Below are positions 22,579 to 31,491 of a stretch of DNA of 64,000 nt, piece after piece. The notes below the pieces were generated by a model. The model saw only the letters and a list, made by a program, of their open reading frames with translations. It searched no databases and was not told where the DNA came from. The stretch is from assembly GCA_009885545.1 (NCBI GenBank), contig VFKM01000012.1:23667-87666 (forward strand). The letters are read 5' to 3'. Position 1 is the stretch's first letter. The number at the start of each line of letters is the position of its first letter. The translations under genes were made by a program, and so were the position numbers. This DNA comes from Flavobacteriales bacterium. Its GTDB lineage: Bacteria > Bacteroidota > Bacteroidia > Flavobacteriales_D > Crocinitomicaceae.

Positions 22579-23202
22579 TCAAAGCAATTGTTTTTCTAGA
22601 TCAACATTCCCTTTACAAAATTCTTTAACTTTTTGAATCCATGCTATGTTTTTCACTTTCCACATCGAACAAGGATATCCGTTTTTAATTGGTTTAATTG
22701 TTTTGCAAACACATCCTTCAAATGTCATACCATCCAAAGAGCCATTTTTAACTTGTTCTTCAATTTGTTTTGTAAAATTACCAACATGAAGAATATGTGG
22801 TGTTTCAACATTTATATGAAGTTTGGTGAATTCATTTGGAGGCATCATCCCATGTTTATAAACATTTATATCAAATAAAGTTACTGTTTGTTCGTCATTT
22901 AGATCATGTTGGCCTGCGAATGAATTCTTTCCATAATATTCAAAAAAACAAACAACCTCTTCAAATTGTTCTTTTCGATAAAGATCAGTTAAACTTTTTT
23001 CATATTTCTCTATTAATAAAGGAATTGATCTTCCCAGGATTGGATCATCTTCTGCTATTAAAACATTTCTTGAACCAAACTTGATGAATCTCTTATGCTT
23101 CCTGGACCATTCAGCACGAATATTATTTCCATCTAGTTTGTCAAAAACATAGACGGGAACACCTTTTAAGAATTCTCCGTTAATTGAAGGATATGATTTC
23201 AT
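22579..23202 (-). CDS. minimal ATP-dependent polynucleotide ligase (nucleotidyltransferase domain only)
   Basis: Motifs I KLDGNN, III FFEYYG, IV FEGCVCK and V MWKVKN. ATG lies 6 nt after a TAAGAT at 23209-23214. Confidence 0.7.
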   Translation of the reverse strand: MKSYPSINGEFLKGVPVYVFDKLDGNNIRAEWSRKHKRFIKFGSRNVLIAEDDPILGRSIPLLIEKYEKSLTDLYRKEQFEEVVCFFEYYGKNSFAGQHDLNDEQTVTLFDINVYKHGMMPPNEFTKLHINVETPHILHVGNFTKQIEEQVKNGSLDGMTFEGCVCKTIKPIKNGYPCSMWKVKNIAWIQKVKEFCKGNVDLEKQLL

Positions 23203-23248
23203 ATTAACATCTTACTTTCATACTCAATCAAAAGATCACATAAAAAAA

Positions 23249-23647
23249 TTATTTTCCATTAAGATAAAAGCATCCATTTATAATCAACACTTCTTTATCA
23301 AGATACGAACAATCACAATTTATAGCAAAATCATGAATTATATGATAACATTTATTGCATATGAAAACTTGTTTTATAGCAATCTCAGGCATACTGCCTG
23401 TTTTTAAACATGGTGGAATAACTTCATGCGTTGATAAAATTTGATTTGGATGCTCGTAATAGAAATAATGATAGCTTCCAGGGCTTGCATAAGCACCATA
23501 TCGTTTCACACCACAATCTCCGCATTTCATAAAATGCTTATGACTCTCTTTATAAGGTGAATATTTGGAGATAGGGCACTCTTCCTCATCTAATGTCCAA
23601 TTATGGATTTCTATTCTATCTTCATTTAGTAATGGGAATGTTTTCAT
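23249..23647 (-). CDS. Cys/His-rich hypothetical protein (132 aa)
   Basis: Start trimmed to ATG 23645-23647, 4 nt after the upstream stop. Confidence 0.6.
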   Translation of the reverse strand: MKTFPLLNEDRIEIHNWTLDEEECPISKYSPYKESHKHFMKCGDCGVKRYGAYASPGSYHYFYYEHPNQILSTHEVIPPCLKTGSMPEIAIKQVFICNKCYHIIHDFAINCDCSYLDKEVLIINGCFYLNGK

Positions 23648-23651
23648 ATTT

Positions 23652-23921
23652 TCAACTAATAAAATCAATATAAGAAAATAAATTTTCTATAAAAGCTATA
23701 TGATAAGAAACAATTTTATCTTTTAGCATAAAAAGTTCTCTATTATCCTTTGAAGTACCAATATATAATATGAAATCTGTGGGCAATATTACAGCATCAT
23801 GATAATGACTTTTACCATTGGTACTCTCAGATAACATCCAAAATTTACCAGGGACTCCATATGGACTTTGTTTCATATCTGACTTATACAAAGAACCAAT
23901 TTCCAAAAATTTAACACTCAT
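23652..23921 (-). CDS. GxLY-family small protein
   Basis: Motifs IGSLYKS ... DFILYIGT ... DFIS stop. Start sits at the ATGA overlap. Confidence 0.6.
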   Translation of the reverse strand: MSVKFLEIGSLYKSDMKQSPYGVPGKFWMLSESTNGKSHYHDAVILPTDFILYIGTSKDNRELFMLKDKIVSYHIAFIENLFSYIDFIS

Positions 23922-24388
23922 GAAACAAGTTCCAGGCAACTTAAGAAAGAATTGCTAGGATGATCAAATACAATTTCCCCTTTAAAAATGTAGGTGGCTG
24001 TTTGGTTATAACCATCATAAGAACAGCAAATGAATATATCCCCTATTTCCATAAATCTGTCCCAGATAACAGCTTCATTGGCAGCCAGAGACAGACCCAC
24101 AGATGAGACTGCATAAGATTTAACCCGCCCTGAGTTTTTGTAATCTGTTATTCTATATAAATTACCTGGAATTAATTCTTTCATGATATTTTTTCCTGTT
24201 GCATTTCCTGGAAGAAGATGGAATATTCTACTTTTTCTGAAATTAAAGCATACAAGGCATCTTAATCTTCTATTAAAACCAGAATATTTTGAATCTATGG
24301 TTTCATATCCAAGAACGATGTGCCATTTCCCATTCCATTGAGCTAAATCTCCAATGTTAAAATCTGTTAGTTCAAATGGCTTTATCAT
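23918..24388 (-). CDS. tandem two-domain GxLY-family protein (156 aa)
   Basis: Contains both IGDLAQW and PGNLYRI, then YIFKGEIVF, with an ELVS stop. Confidence 0.6.
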   Translation of the reverse strand: MIKPFELTDFNIGDLAQWNGKWHIVLGYETIDSKYSGFNRRLRCLVCFNFRKSRIFHLLPGNATGKNIMKELIPGNLYRITDYKNSGRVKSYAVSSVGLSLAANEAVIWDRFMEIGDIFICCSYDGYNQTATYIFKGEIVFDHPSNSFLSCLELVS

Positions 24389-24564
24389 TAATCAGCTTCT
24401 TCAACATTCCAAAGGTTTTCATCACCCATATCACAAAATTCGAATTCATTATCCAGTGCTGTGCCTAGACCACAATGAACCTTTAATTTTGCCTCCTCTT
24501 CCGAAGATGCCTCAACTTCATATGTCTGAATCCAATCTTCATGAGCAAAAACTTTGTATTTCAT
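24388..24564 (-). CDS. acidic hypothetical protein (58 aa)
   Basis: Below the track cutoff. An AAGGAAGGG SD lies in the 23-nt leader of promoter 24588-24616. Its stop overlaps the next ATG (TAATG). Confidence 0.5.
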   Translation of the reverse strand: MKYKVFAHEDWIQTYEVEASSEEEAKLKVHCGLGTALDNEFEFCDMGDENLWNVEEAD

Positions 24565-24587
24565 ACCAATTCCCTTCCTTGTATGAA

Positions 24588-24616
24588 AGAATACAACATC
24601 TCACATTCAATTTCAA
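24588..24616 (-). promoter_or_regulatory. sigma70-like promoter, leadered
   Basis: -35 TTGAAA 24611-24616, N17, -10 TATTCT 24588-24593. Confidence 0.55.
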
Positions 24617-24749
24617 GTGAATTCATCAAGGATTTTCACAAGTCTTTTAAATGAATCCAAAATAATAAAACATACAGAAGGCCACATATAAAATTCTAAT
24701 CGATTCTAGGGCCATCACGAGTTGTTCTAGAAGGATATTTGATTAGTCG

Positions 24750-25157
24750 TTATCCATATTTTTTCTTTAGACGTTCATACAGATTTTCTTCTTCTTTTTC
24801 ACGGATAGAACTAATTTTTATATGTTCTTCTTCTTGTCTAAGACGGAGATCAATCATCGTTTGTACTTCTTTAAGAAGTGCTGGTTTTAGTTTGTCTGTT
24901 TTATGAGCATAATACAAAGAGCCATCTGCATTTTCGTATTCAAGTTCACAATCAGTCTCACCAACTGAATCAAGAATATTCTTGATTCTTTGTATTAATT
25001 CACTTGCTTGATTGTAAGAATGTAATTCTATGCGATGATCTTTAATTGTATAAAGTCGCACAACAAGTTTGTCACATATCATCTTCAACTCATCATCAGA
25101 AAGAGTTGTAAGATCAGTTTTTTGTAATATTTTTAATTGTTCAAACGACAAAGTCAT
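24750..25157 (-). CDS. hypothetical coiled-coil protein (135 aa)
   Basis: ORF track. Has an AAAGGAAA SD. Confidence 0.65.
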   Translation of the reverse strand: MTLSFEQLKILQKTDLTTLSDDELKMICDKLVVRLYTIKDHRIELHSYNQASELIQRIKNILDSVGETDCELEYENADGSLYYAHKTDKLKPALLKEVQTMIDLRLRQEEEHIKISSIREKEEENLYERLKKKYG

Positions 25158-25168
25158 TTTTGTTTCCT

Positions 25169-25351
25169 TTAATAAGACCGATGGACAATTTGCATAATAT
25201 CATTTGTCACATCTTTAATTTCTTCTATTGTTAGACCCTTAAGATGTAGTTTCATAAGAGCTTCTGTTAGATTTGTACCAGCATATTTCGGTAATTGCCA
25301 AGTTGCAGAAATCTCATATGCAAGATCAGTTATTTCAGTTCTTGTCGTCAT
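25169..25351 (-). CDS. hypothetical protein (60 aa)
   Basis: ORF track; tightly packed with neighbours. Confidence 0.55.
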   Translation of the reverse strand: MTTRTEITDLAYEISATWQLPKYAGTNLTEALMKLHLKGLTIEEIKDVTNDIMQIVHRSY

Positions 25352-25354
25352 AAT

Positions 25355-25621
25355 TTAATAACTTCTTTCAATTATTGGGTTCTCAAATGATTCTAAAAAA
25401 TCATATGATTGATAAACTATACCAAACCTACTAAGAAAATAACAACATTCCAACGGAAAATCATCTGGAATTCTTGATTCAATATAAATCAACCAATCAT
25501 TTTCTAATAAACGGCATCCATTTTCATTGCCAATAATTGAAAAATTAGCAATTGATTTAATTCTAAAATTAGAAAAATTTTTCCCGACAAAATAAAGATT
25601 TCCTTGTTTTAATTTAATCAT
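25355..25621 (-). CDS. GxLY-family small protein
   Basis: Motifs QGNLYFV ... DWLIYIES ... LSRFGIVYQ. Confidence 0.65.
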   Translation of the reverse strand: MIKLKQGNLYFVGKNFSNFRIKSIANFSIIGNENGCRLLENDWLIYIESRIPDDFPLECCYFLSRFGIVYQSYDFLESFENPIIERSY

Positions 25622-25622
25622 T

Positions 25623-25850
25623 TTAGCTTATTTTCACAAGCCAGTGTTGGAATATTCCAGTTGTAATTTTTTGAGAACCGCAAAACCATAACTTATATCT
25701 AATATCTGGTGGACTAAATGGGAAAACAGGAAAAACAACCTTTTCTATAATAATTCCTAATTCATTATAATAATGGTTATCTTTATTTTCACTTATACAT
25801 CTTACAAGATCACCAAGTTTAAAAAGACAATTAGATTCATATAAACTCAT
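25623..25850 (-). CDS. GxLY-family-like small protein
   Basis: Motifs LGDLVRC ... VKIS stop. Confidence 0.55.
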   Translation of the reverse strand: MSLYESNCLFKLGDLVRCISENKDNHYYNELGIIIEKVVFPVFPFSPPDIRYKLWFCGSQKITTGIFQHWLVKIS

Positions 25851-25856
25851 AAATTT

Positions 25857-26842
25857 CTATGATTTCTTAAGATACCATGCCCTTGCTCTCTCAGCCAAAA
25901 CCTTAGCTATAGGTTTCCATTCAAAACCAGAAACCTTAAGTTCCTCTTTGCTTTCTTTTTCAATATCCTTTGAAATCCATCCAAGAAACAATCCAATGTT
26001 CTTCTTTTCAAATTCTAAAGAACCATTGTTGACTGACACTGCACCCTGATTCATTCTTCCTTCAGTTAAAAACAAATCAACAAATTCATTAATTGAATTA
26101 ACAGTTTCAGAATCTACTTGAACTGGAACCTTTGTTTTGACAACTTGATGTTTTTCTCCTTTTGCCTTAAATGCTAAATCAGAAAAACATTTCCTTCCTT
26201 GATGTAGTTTTGAAACCGGGTAAAAAACTAATCCTTCCCCTACACCTTCAATGCCAAATGTTTCTTTTATCCAAGGATCACAAGCTTCAACTTCTAATAC
26301 TTTTTCATTTAATTTAGAAGCAACCCTTTCAAGTTCCTCTGCTGATTTAGACCAATCAATTTCAATTTCGAGATTTTGATGCCATGGAAGAACATACGTC
26401 TTTTGAATCCCCTTAACAACTTTATTAAGGACCACAGGATCCACAGTTAAATAATTTGAATCACTAAGAGGACTTGTTGCAAATACAAAAATGATTTTTG
26501 TGGTACTAAACAAGCTGCGGCCCCACTATTGATTCCTTTTCCAATCCACTCTCCATAAACAAGAATGATTCCATGATCTCTTGATAGTGATTTCCACTGA
26601 ACAGACGTTTCTTCAACCCATTTCGCAAATCCAGCATTATCATGCCCAGCCAAAAGATTTTTTGTGCGACTTTGTGCAACTAATGTTCCATCAGCATGAC
26701 ATTGAATACCCGAATTTGTACCATGTAGTTTTAGTTTTGCTTTATATGTAACTTTGTTGGAGCCATTTAACAATTCAGGATATCTGGCAACTGTTTTTCT
26801 TACATTATAAAATGATTCAATCGATGGCCATGGAATAAACAT
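25857..26842 (-). pseudogene. rnlB: Rnl2-type RNA ligase split by a frameshift near 26500-26515
   Basis: - N-terminal ORF 26447..26842 has motif I KLHGTN (T4 Rnl2 KIHGTN) and GEWIGKGI (T4 GEFAGPGI).
- The continuation KIIFVFA... and the C-terminal domain lie in the -1 frame, in ORF 25857..26513. Confidence 0.7.
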
Positions 26843-26847
26843 GAAAT

Positions 26848-26876
26848 CTTATAGCATATTTTCGAGATGGAAGCAA
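26848..26876 (-). promoter_or_regulatory. variant promoter, leaderless configuration (Rnl2)
   Basis: -35 TTGCTT 26871-26876, N17, -10 TATAAG 26848-26853, N5, ATG 26840-26842. Confidence 0.5.
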
Positions 26877-26906
26877 CAGAAAAATGTTAGAAAATTTATA
26901 ATGCAA

Positions 26907-27257
26907 TTAAGATTTGTTTAACTGGAATACTCCAACTCTATCTTCAAGATATCCATTGTAAAGATAAAGATTTTGAAACTGCTTAGTTAGCACTAGCTTA
27001 GCTGAATAACTAACCCATTCTGGGTTTCTTGGATCATCTAAAAACAGCCAATCTTTGTGATTTTCGACTAGAATCTCTAGAACTTTTGCAATGGCATCGG
27101 TTTTATTGCTTTTGAATTTACCTAGAATCCTTAGTCGTTTTGCAATACGAAAACATTCTTGTGAAAACGAAATGAGATTTTTATGAAATCCATCCATCGT
27201 CATTCCAATGATATTTTCTTTGTATCCATCAATTACCAATACTGCTTTTGTTCCCAT
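26907..27257 (-). CDS. hypothetical protein (116 aa)
   Basis: ORF track. An AGGAGA SD lies in the 18-nt leader. Confidence 0.65.
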   Translation of the reverse strand: MGTKAVLVIDGYKENIIGMTMDGFHKNLISFSQECFRIAKRLRILGKFKSNKTDAIAKVLEILVENHKDWLFLDDPRNPEWVSYSAKLVLTKQFQNLYLYNGYLEDRVGVFQLNKS

Positions 27258-27275
27258 TTGTATCTCCTGCGAATG

Positions 27276-27303
27276 ACTATACCAAACTTGCGAGAAATAT
27301 CAA
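27276..27303 (-). promoter_or_regulatory. sigma70-like promoter, leadered
   Basis: -35 TTGATA 27298-27303, N16, -10 TATAGT 27276-27281. Confidence 0.6.
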
Positions 27304-27308
27304 GTGAA

Positions 27309-27557
27309 TTATTCCTCGACTGGTAAAAACAATTCTTGCACCTGCATGTCATTGAGCTCTGTAAGTTTGCATACAATAATTCCTTTAAAAAAAAATTTAT
27401 AAATTGACATAATCGCAGGAGTAGACAACTCTTCTTTTCCTAGGAAAATCAAATAATCATTGGATCTTATATAAATAACATTTGCAAAAAAATTATTAAA
27501 AGGATAATAAGGATCACAAGAATTTGGCAGTTGTTTAACTAAATCTCCAGGTTTCAT
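27309..27557 (-). CDS. GxLY-family small protein
   Basis: Motifs KPGDLVK ... NDYLIFLG ... FFFKGIIV. Confidence 0.65.
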   Translation of the reverse strand: MKPGDLVKQLPNSCDPYYPFNNFFANVIYIRSNDYLIFLGKEELSTPAIMSIYKFFFKGIIVCKLTELNDMQVQELFLPVEE

Positions 27558-27558
27558 T

Positions 27559-27818
27559 TTAAACAACAACCTTGAATTCTTTTTTTAGTTCATCATTTGT
27601 AAATGTCGTTATTCTGTAAACAATCATTTGTTTATAAAGAAATCCATAAATTATTACATCATACCAACCTAAAGAATTTTGTATTCTTGAGCTTTTTTAC
27701 TAACAACAATCATTTTAGTATTTACTGGCACATAAATTTCATCTCCAAATGATACTGGTGTGTTTGCAAGAAATTGACTATCGACCATTTCTACAAGATC
27801 ACCAATCTCAATTGACAT
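27559..27818 (-). pseudogene. GxLY-family member interrupted at an A6 run
   Basis: The frame MSIEIGDLVEM... ends at TAG 27669-27671. The conserved C-terminal half (GWYDVIIYGFLYKQMIVY...) continues in the -1 frame from the A6 run within 27690-27700. Confidence 0.6.
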
Positions 27819-27828
27819 AATAAACCCT

Positions 27829-28062
27829 TCAACCAACTATGTTAAATTCTTCTTCAATTGTTTCTCTGTTGTATCTTGTGCTCCGGTATATTAACTTGCC
27901 ATTGTATAGAAACGTGTAGATATTATAACAATAGTCAGGATTATTAGTACATCCAATAAAAATCATATAACCTATAACAATAAACCCATTAGTATTATTA
28001 TTAGTATCTTTGAAAAAGCGTATATTAGGCTCTTTGCAGATAACTAAGTCTCCAAGATTCAT
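27829..28062 (-). CDS. GxLY-family small protein
   Basis: Motifs LGDLVIC ... GYMIFIG ... FLYNGKLIY. Confidence 0.65.
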   Translation of the reverse strand: MNLGDLVICKEPNIRFFKDTNNNTNGFIVIGYMIFIGCTNNPDYCYNIYTFLYNGKLIYRSTRYNRETIEEEFNIVG

Positions 28063-28063
28063 A

Positions 28064-28402
28064 TTATTTAAACTTGTTACTCATATGTGCGTCATAACAG
28101 ATTGTGCAGACTGTTCTAATCCATCCACCGCAACTTACAGTAGAGCCTTTAGCGCCACAATCCTCACAAATCTTTGAAGATTCAGCCTCAGCCTCATATA
28201 TCCTTTCATACATAGCCGATGTACTTTCCTCTATATACCAACGCAAAACTCCAAATTTTTCTTTTATTTGTCCAATATTACCATCCCATCCAATGGATTT
28301 TAAATCTATAATAAGATTCTCTGCAAGAGGAACCCAACCATTGCCAATGCAATTTCCATGATCTGCTAAACCATATTTCTTACATAGTTCCTGAAATGTC
28401 AT
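28064..28402 (-). CDS. hypothetical protein with a QIKEKFG.LRWY motif and a C-terminal zinc ribbon (112 aa)
   Basis: ORF track. Contains CEDCG...C..IC. I recall the IKEKFGGLR motif from many phage proteins. Confidence 0.65.
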   Translation of the reverse strand: MTFQELCKKYGLADHGNCIGNGWVPLAENLIIDLKSIGWDGNIGQIKEKFGVLRWYIEESTSAMYERIYEAEAESSKICEDCGAKGSTVSCGGWIRTVCTICYDAHMSNKFK

Positions 28403-28825
28403 TCATACCTTCCTTTGGTATCGTGTAAAGCAATGTTGATATGGCTCAGATACGAATACTCTTTCCCATGCTGTTTCATCATATGAAGAATAGATTCCAA
28501 TAAGAGAAACATAAAGATTGTATGGCGTAAAAAGAATTGTTGTTCTTGCCTCTCGACCATCACCATCATTGGTTTCTTCTGGGATTTGTACTAATCCACG
28601 AAGGATTTCATCTTCGGATAAAACATATCTCCAGATAGATTGATATTTTTGAGCGTATAATTTCTGCTTGTTATATCCATCTCTAGTAATAGATTTAGCG
28701 GTTTGTCTATTTATAAAGACTCCAGGTTCAAAAATTCCCTGAAAATATCCGTCTTGACGAAACCAAACATACCTTTTTTGGTCAACTTGTTTTAAGATTT
28801 CTTCTTTTGTTGCAAGCGTTTGCAT
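28403..28825 (-). CDS. GDGN/YVSLxGxYSS-family protein (paralog 1 of 4)
   Basis: Motifs NDGDGRE ... YNLYVSLIGIYSSYDETAWERVFVSEPY. Confidence 0.65.
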   Translation of the reverse strand: MQTLATKEEILKQVDQKRYVWFRQDGYFQGIFEPGVFINRQTAKSITRDGYNKQKLYAQKYQSIWRYVLSEDEILRGLVQIPEETNDGDGREARTTILFTPYNLYVSLIGIYSSYDETAWERVFVSEPYQHCFTRYQRKV

Positions 28826-28829
28826 TTAT

Positions 28830-29135
28830 TTATTTCTGTATCGGACTATATCTTGTTTCATAATAGGTGAAAGGTTCAGAAACAAATATATCAGTCCATT
28901 CTGGTGGGCCGTAACTAGAAAACCATCCTGTTAAACTAACATATAATTCATATTCTGAAAAGAATAAAGTTCGATACATTTCATTTCCGTCCCCCATATT
29001 TCTTTCCTCAACAACAGAATATGACCCTATATTGAGAGTGCAATCATCTATATTAAAATCAAACCAGTTATAGTCTTTGTTTTTAATATGTTCTAAAATA
29101 GATTCTTTTGTTGGAGCAAGTGTTATTGTAGACAT
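28830..29135 (-). CDS. GDGN/YVSLxGxYSS-family protein (paralog 2 of 4)
   Basis: Motifs ERNMGDGNE ... YELYVSLTGWFSSYGPPEW. Start trimmed to ATG 29133-29135. Confidence 0.65.
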   Translation of the reverse strand: MSTITLAPTKESILEHIKNKDYNWFDFNIDDCTLNIGSYSVVEERNMGDGNEMYRTLFFSEYELYVSLTGWFSSYGPPEWTDIFVSEPFTYYETRYSPIQK

Positions 29136-29136
29136 C

Positions 29137-29478
29137 TTAAATTTCTTCATACCTTGTTTCAGTATACTGGTACGGTTTTGAAAGGAAAATAGAAGTCCAT
29201 TCATAACCATTATAAGATGAATAATAACCAGTCATGGAAATATAAAGATCATAATCTTTGAAGTAAAAAGTCTTAAAGGCATCATTGCCATCTCCAAAAT
29301 TCCTATCCTCAACAACCTTTATGTTTTTTAAGGCAGAAGCAAATATAACCCAATTTTCTTCATCATTATCAGATGGCTCACCAGAAAGCCAATCATATTC
29401 ATCTTCATAATTTCTAAGCATCATCTTTCCAAGTCTAACTGTTTCAATCAATTCTTCTTTTGTTGGCATCCTTAACAT
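29137..29478 (-). CDS. GDGN/YVSLxGxYSS-family protein (paralog 3 of 4)
   Basis: Motifs EDRNFGDGND ... YDLYISMTGYYSSYNGYEW. Confidence 0.65.
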   Translation of the reverse strand: MLRMPTKEELIETVRLGKMMLRNYEDEYDWLSGEPSDNDEENWVIFASALKNIKVVEDRNFGDGNDAFKTFYFKDYDLYISMTGYYSSYNGYEWTSIFLSKPYQYTETRYEEI

Positions 29479-29479
29479 T

Positions 29480-30223
29480 TCACAATTCCTTTCTTAAATC
29501 ACAATATTTTTCAAATAGAAAAGTTGCATTTCCAGCATTCCAAAATACAGAATTCCAATTCTCAATTACAAAGTCTGCAAGCCACATTGGATGTAGCCTT
29601 GTAACAAGATCACGTTGAGCAAAATGATAAGCTTTGCGTTCTGGATAGTTTCTGTATCTTTCCAATCCTATCACAAGAGCCTCCTCAAATGCAACATTAA
29701 TCTTCTCCTGTTTTGTTAAATCCAGAAACTTATCCTCCAGTGGAGTTACTCCGTTTTCTGGATCAACAATTTTCAAATAGCTCGGAGCAGAATTTAAAAG
29801 GCAGTGCAGACCATCATGAGATATTTTTCTTTTTACGTTATCTTTAAAAAAATCTTCCTTGGTTTTTACATCAAAAGAACCTCTTTTATTCTTCCCATGG
29901 AACTCATTCCAAAATTCTCTTAAATCAAAAAGAAACCCTGGAACAATTTGACAGTTCTTCATTTGAAGAAATCTAATATCGCTCATTGTTTTTGCCCAAT
30001 GGATGTCTCTAATGGCATGAGAAACCTTTAAAGTATAAATCTCATCGGCATTCATTTCTCTATCTCTTGGAGCCAATGGCAGGTAATGAAATTCCTCTAT
30101 TGATCCATTATCATGTCGAATTGATCTAGATTCAGATTTGTTAAAAACAATCCAGTCAATATCATTTGGTTTCCTGAAATCAGGAAACATTGATTTTATC
30201 AAAACTGATCCAAACTTAATCAT
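29480..30223 (-). CDS. putative Pol-beta-superfamily nucleotidyltransferase (247 aa)
   Basis: N-terminal GS-x17-DID signature (FGSVLIKSMFPDFRKPNDIDWIV). Start trimmed to ATG 30221-30223. Confidence 0.45.
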   Translation of the reverse strand: MIKFGSVLIKSMFPDFRKPNDIDWIVFNKSESRSIRHDNGSIEEFHYLPLAPRDREMNADEIYTLKVSHAIRDIHWAKTMSDIRFLQMKNCQIVPGFLFDLREFWNEFHGKNKRGSFDVKTKEDFFKDNVKRKISHDGLHCLLNSAPSYLKIVDPENGVTPLEDKFLDLTKQEKINVAFEEALVIGLERYRNYPERKAYHFAQRDLVTRLHPMWLADFVIENWNSVFWNAGNATFLFEKYCDLRKEL

Positions 30224-30422
30224 AATACAACTCAAACACATGATTCGATTGTTGAAGAAACGGAATTATTTTTACCCTTCCTTTATGGAGGAAGGAATAA
30301 TAGTACAGCTCATCTACTGTTCTAAAATCTATTAAAATGCATAATTCATCTTTTGGAATTATGCTTTTAAGGTCTCTTTCATGTAATTCAAATTTTGCTC
30401 TATACATTTCACCTATAATCAT
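30216..30422 (-). CDS. GxLY-family small protein
   Basis: Motifs IGEMYRA ... ELCILIDF ... FLHKGRVKI. Confidence 0.65.
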   Translation of the reverse strand: MIIGEMYRAKFELHERDLKSIIPKDELCILIDFRTVDELYYYSFLHKGRVKIIPFLQQSNHVFELYYD

Positions 30423-30841
30423 GATACTGCTTTAAATCTTGTTTCCTGATATACATAAGGAGTTGAAATAAATACTTCAACCCAATAGGGATCATTCCAA
30501 GAAGAATAAGTCCCAATAAGAGAAACATAAAGATTATATTGTTCAAAATGAAGAGTGAAAAAACATTCATTCCCATCTCCTTCATTACGATCTTCTATAG
30601 TTTTGACACTATCAAAAAGGATATCATCTGGAGATGGAACAAGTTCAAATTTATTTTCCTCTTTATACTCTAAATTTAGAGCAATGAGATCGTCATAAGT
30701 ATCCGCTACTTGACCTGTTTCTTGATTTTTATATGGACCACCTTCATGAACTCCAGTAATATACAGTTTCTCACTAAACCAAGCATGATGTTTTTCTTTT
30801 ACTTTTTCAAGAATTTCTTTTTTTGAAGCTAGAACTAGCAT
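30419..30841 (-). CDS. GDGN/YVSLxGxYSS-family protein (paralog 4 of 4)
   Basis: Motifs EDRNEGDGNE ... YNLYVSLIGTYSSWNDPYW. Start trimmed to ATG 30839-30841, which has an AAAGGAAAA SD. Confidence 0.65.
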   Translation of the reverse strand: MLVLASKKEILEKVKEKHHAWFSEKLYITGVHEGGPYKNQETGQVADTYDDLIALNLEYKEENKFELVPSPDDILFDSVKTIEDRNEGDGNECFFTLHFEQYNLYVSLIGTYSSWNDPYWVEVFISTPYVYQETRFKAVS

Positions 30842-30863
30842 ATTTTTTCCTTTTGTATCGAAC

Positions 30864-30892
30864 ATGGTAGTAAAAACATAACAAATCTTCAA
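30864..30892 (-). promoter_or_regulatory. variant promoter, leadered
   Basis: -35 TTGAAG 30887-30892, N17, -10 TACCAT 30864-30869, then a 22-nt leader. Confidence 0.45.
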
Positions 30893-30917
30893 CTATAAAA
30901 AACAGAAACACTACCCT

Positions 30918-31223
30918 TCAATCACGAATAGTTGCCTCTGGCTCGGAAGATTTTCCATTTAATATTTTAATTTTCTGGACAAGATTACTAACATTGATTC
31001 TATATCCAATTCCATCTTTTGTCAAAAAAGAGTAATCAATCATATCATTATAAACTTTGCTTCCAACAAATATAATAAAATCACCAGGATTTAAACCAAA
31101 AACCTCTGTTTGTTGTTTTCTAGTTCTACTCCTATTGTTTTCTACAGGAAGTACTTTGTAAAAAGATACATAATCTGTCAATAAATACAATTCTCCATAT
31201 ATTAGGCAGTTTGATTCACTCAT
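30918..31223 (-). CDS. GxLY-family small protein
   Basis: Motifs YGELYLL ... GDFIIFVG ... LTKDGIGYR. Confidence 0.65.
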   Translation of the reverse strand: MSESNCLIYGELYLLTDYVSFYKVLPVENNRSRTRKQQTEVFGLNPGDFIIFVGSKVYNDMIDYSFLTKDGIGYRINVSNLVQKIKILNGKSSEPEATIRD

Positions 31224-31226
31224 GGT

Positions 31227-31490
31227 TTATTTCCCAATAGGAACTTTAATAACTTGAAAGAAATCAATGTCATTCAAATCAATATCTCTATTATAGCATT
31301 CAAAATCTTCTGGAGAATACTCTTTTCTTGCAACTAGATTTAGTTCCTGGCATTTTTTATTGGCATCATCAACAGATGAAAAATAACATACTGGAGAGCC
31401 ACTATTTTCTTCTGTTGCATAGTAATATTCGTCATTATATTGATAATCAATAGATGTAATTACAAAGACTTCATTTGGTATCTTTTTCAT
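31227..31490 (-). CDS. hypothetical protein (87 aa)
   Basis: Start trimmed to ATG 31488-31490, 1 nt after the upstream stop. Confidence 0.6.
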   Translation of the reverse strand: MKKIPNEVFVITSIDYQYNDEYYYATEENSGSPVCYFSSVDDANKKCQELNLVARKEYSPEDFECYNRDIDLNDIDFFQVIKVPIGK

Positions 31491-31491
31491 A

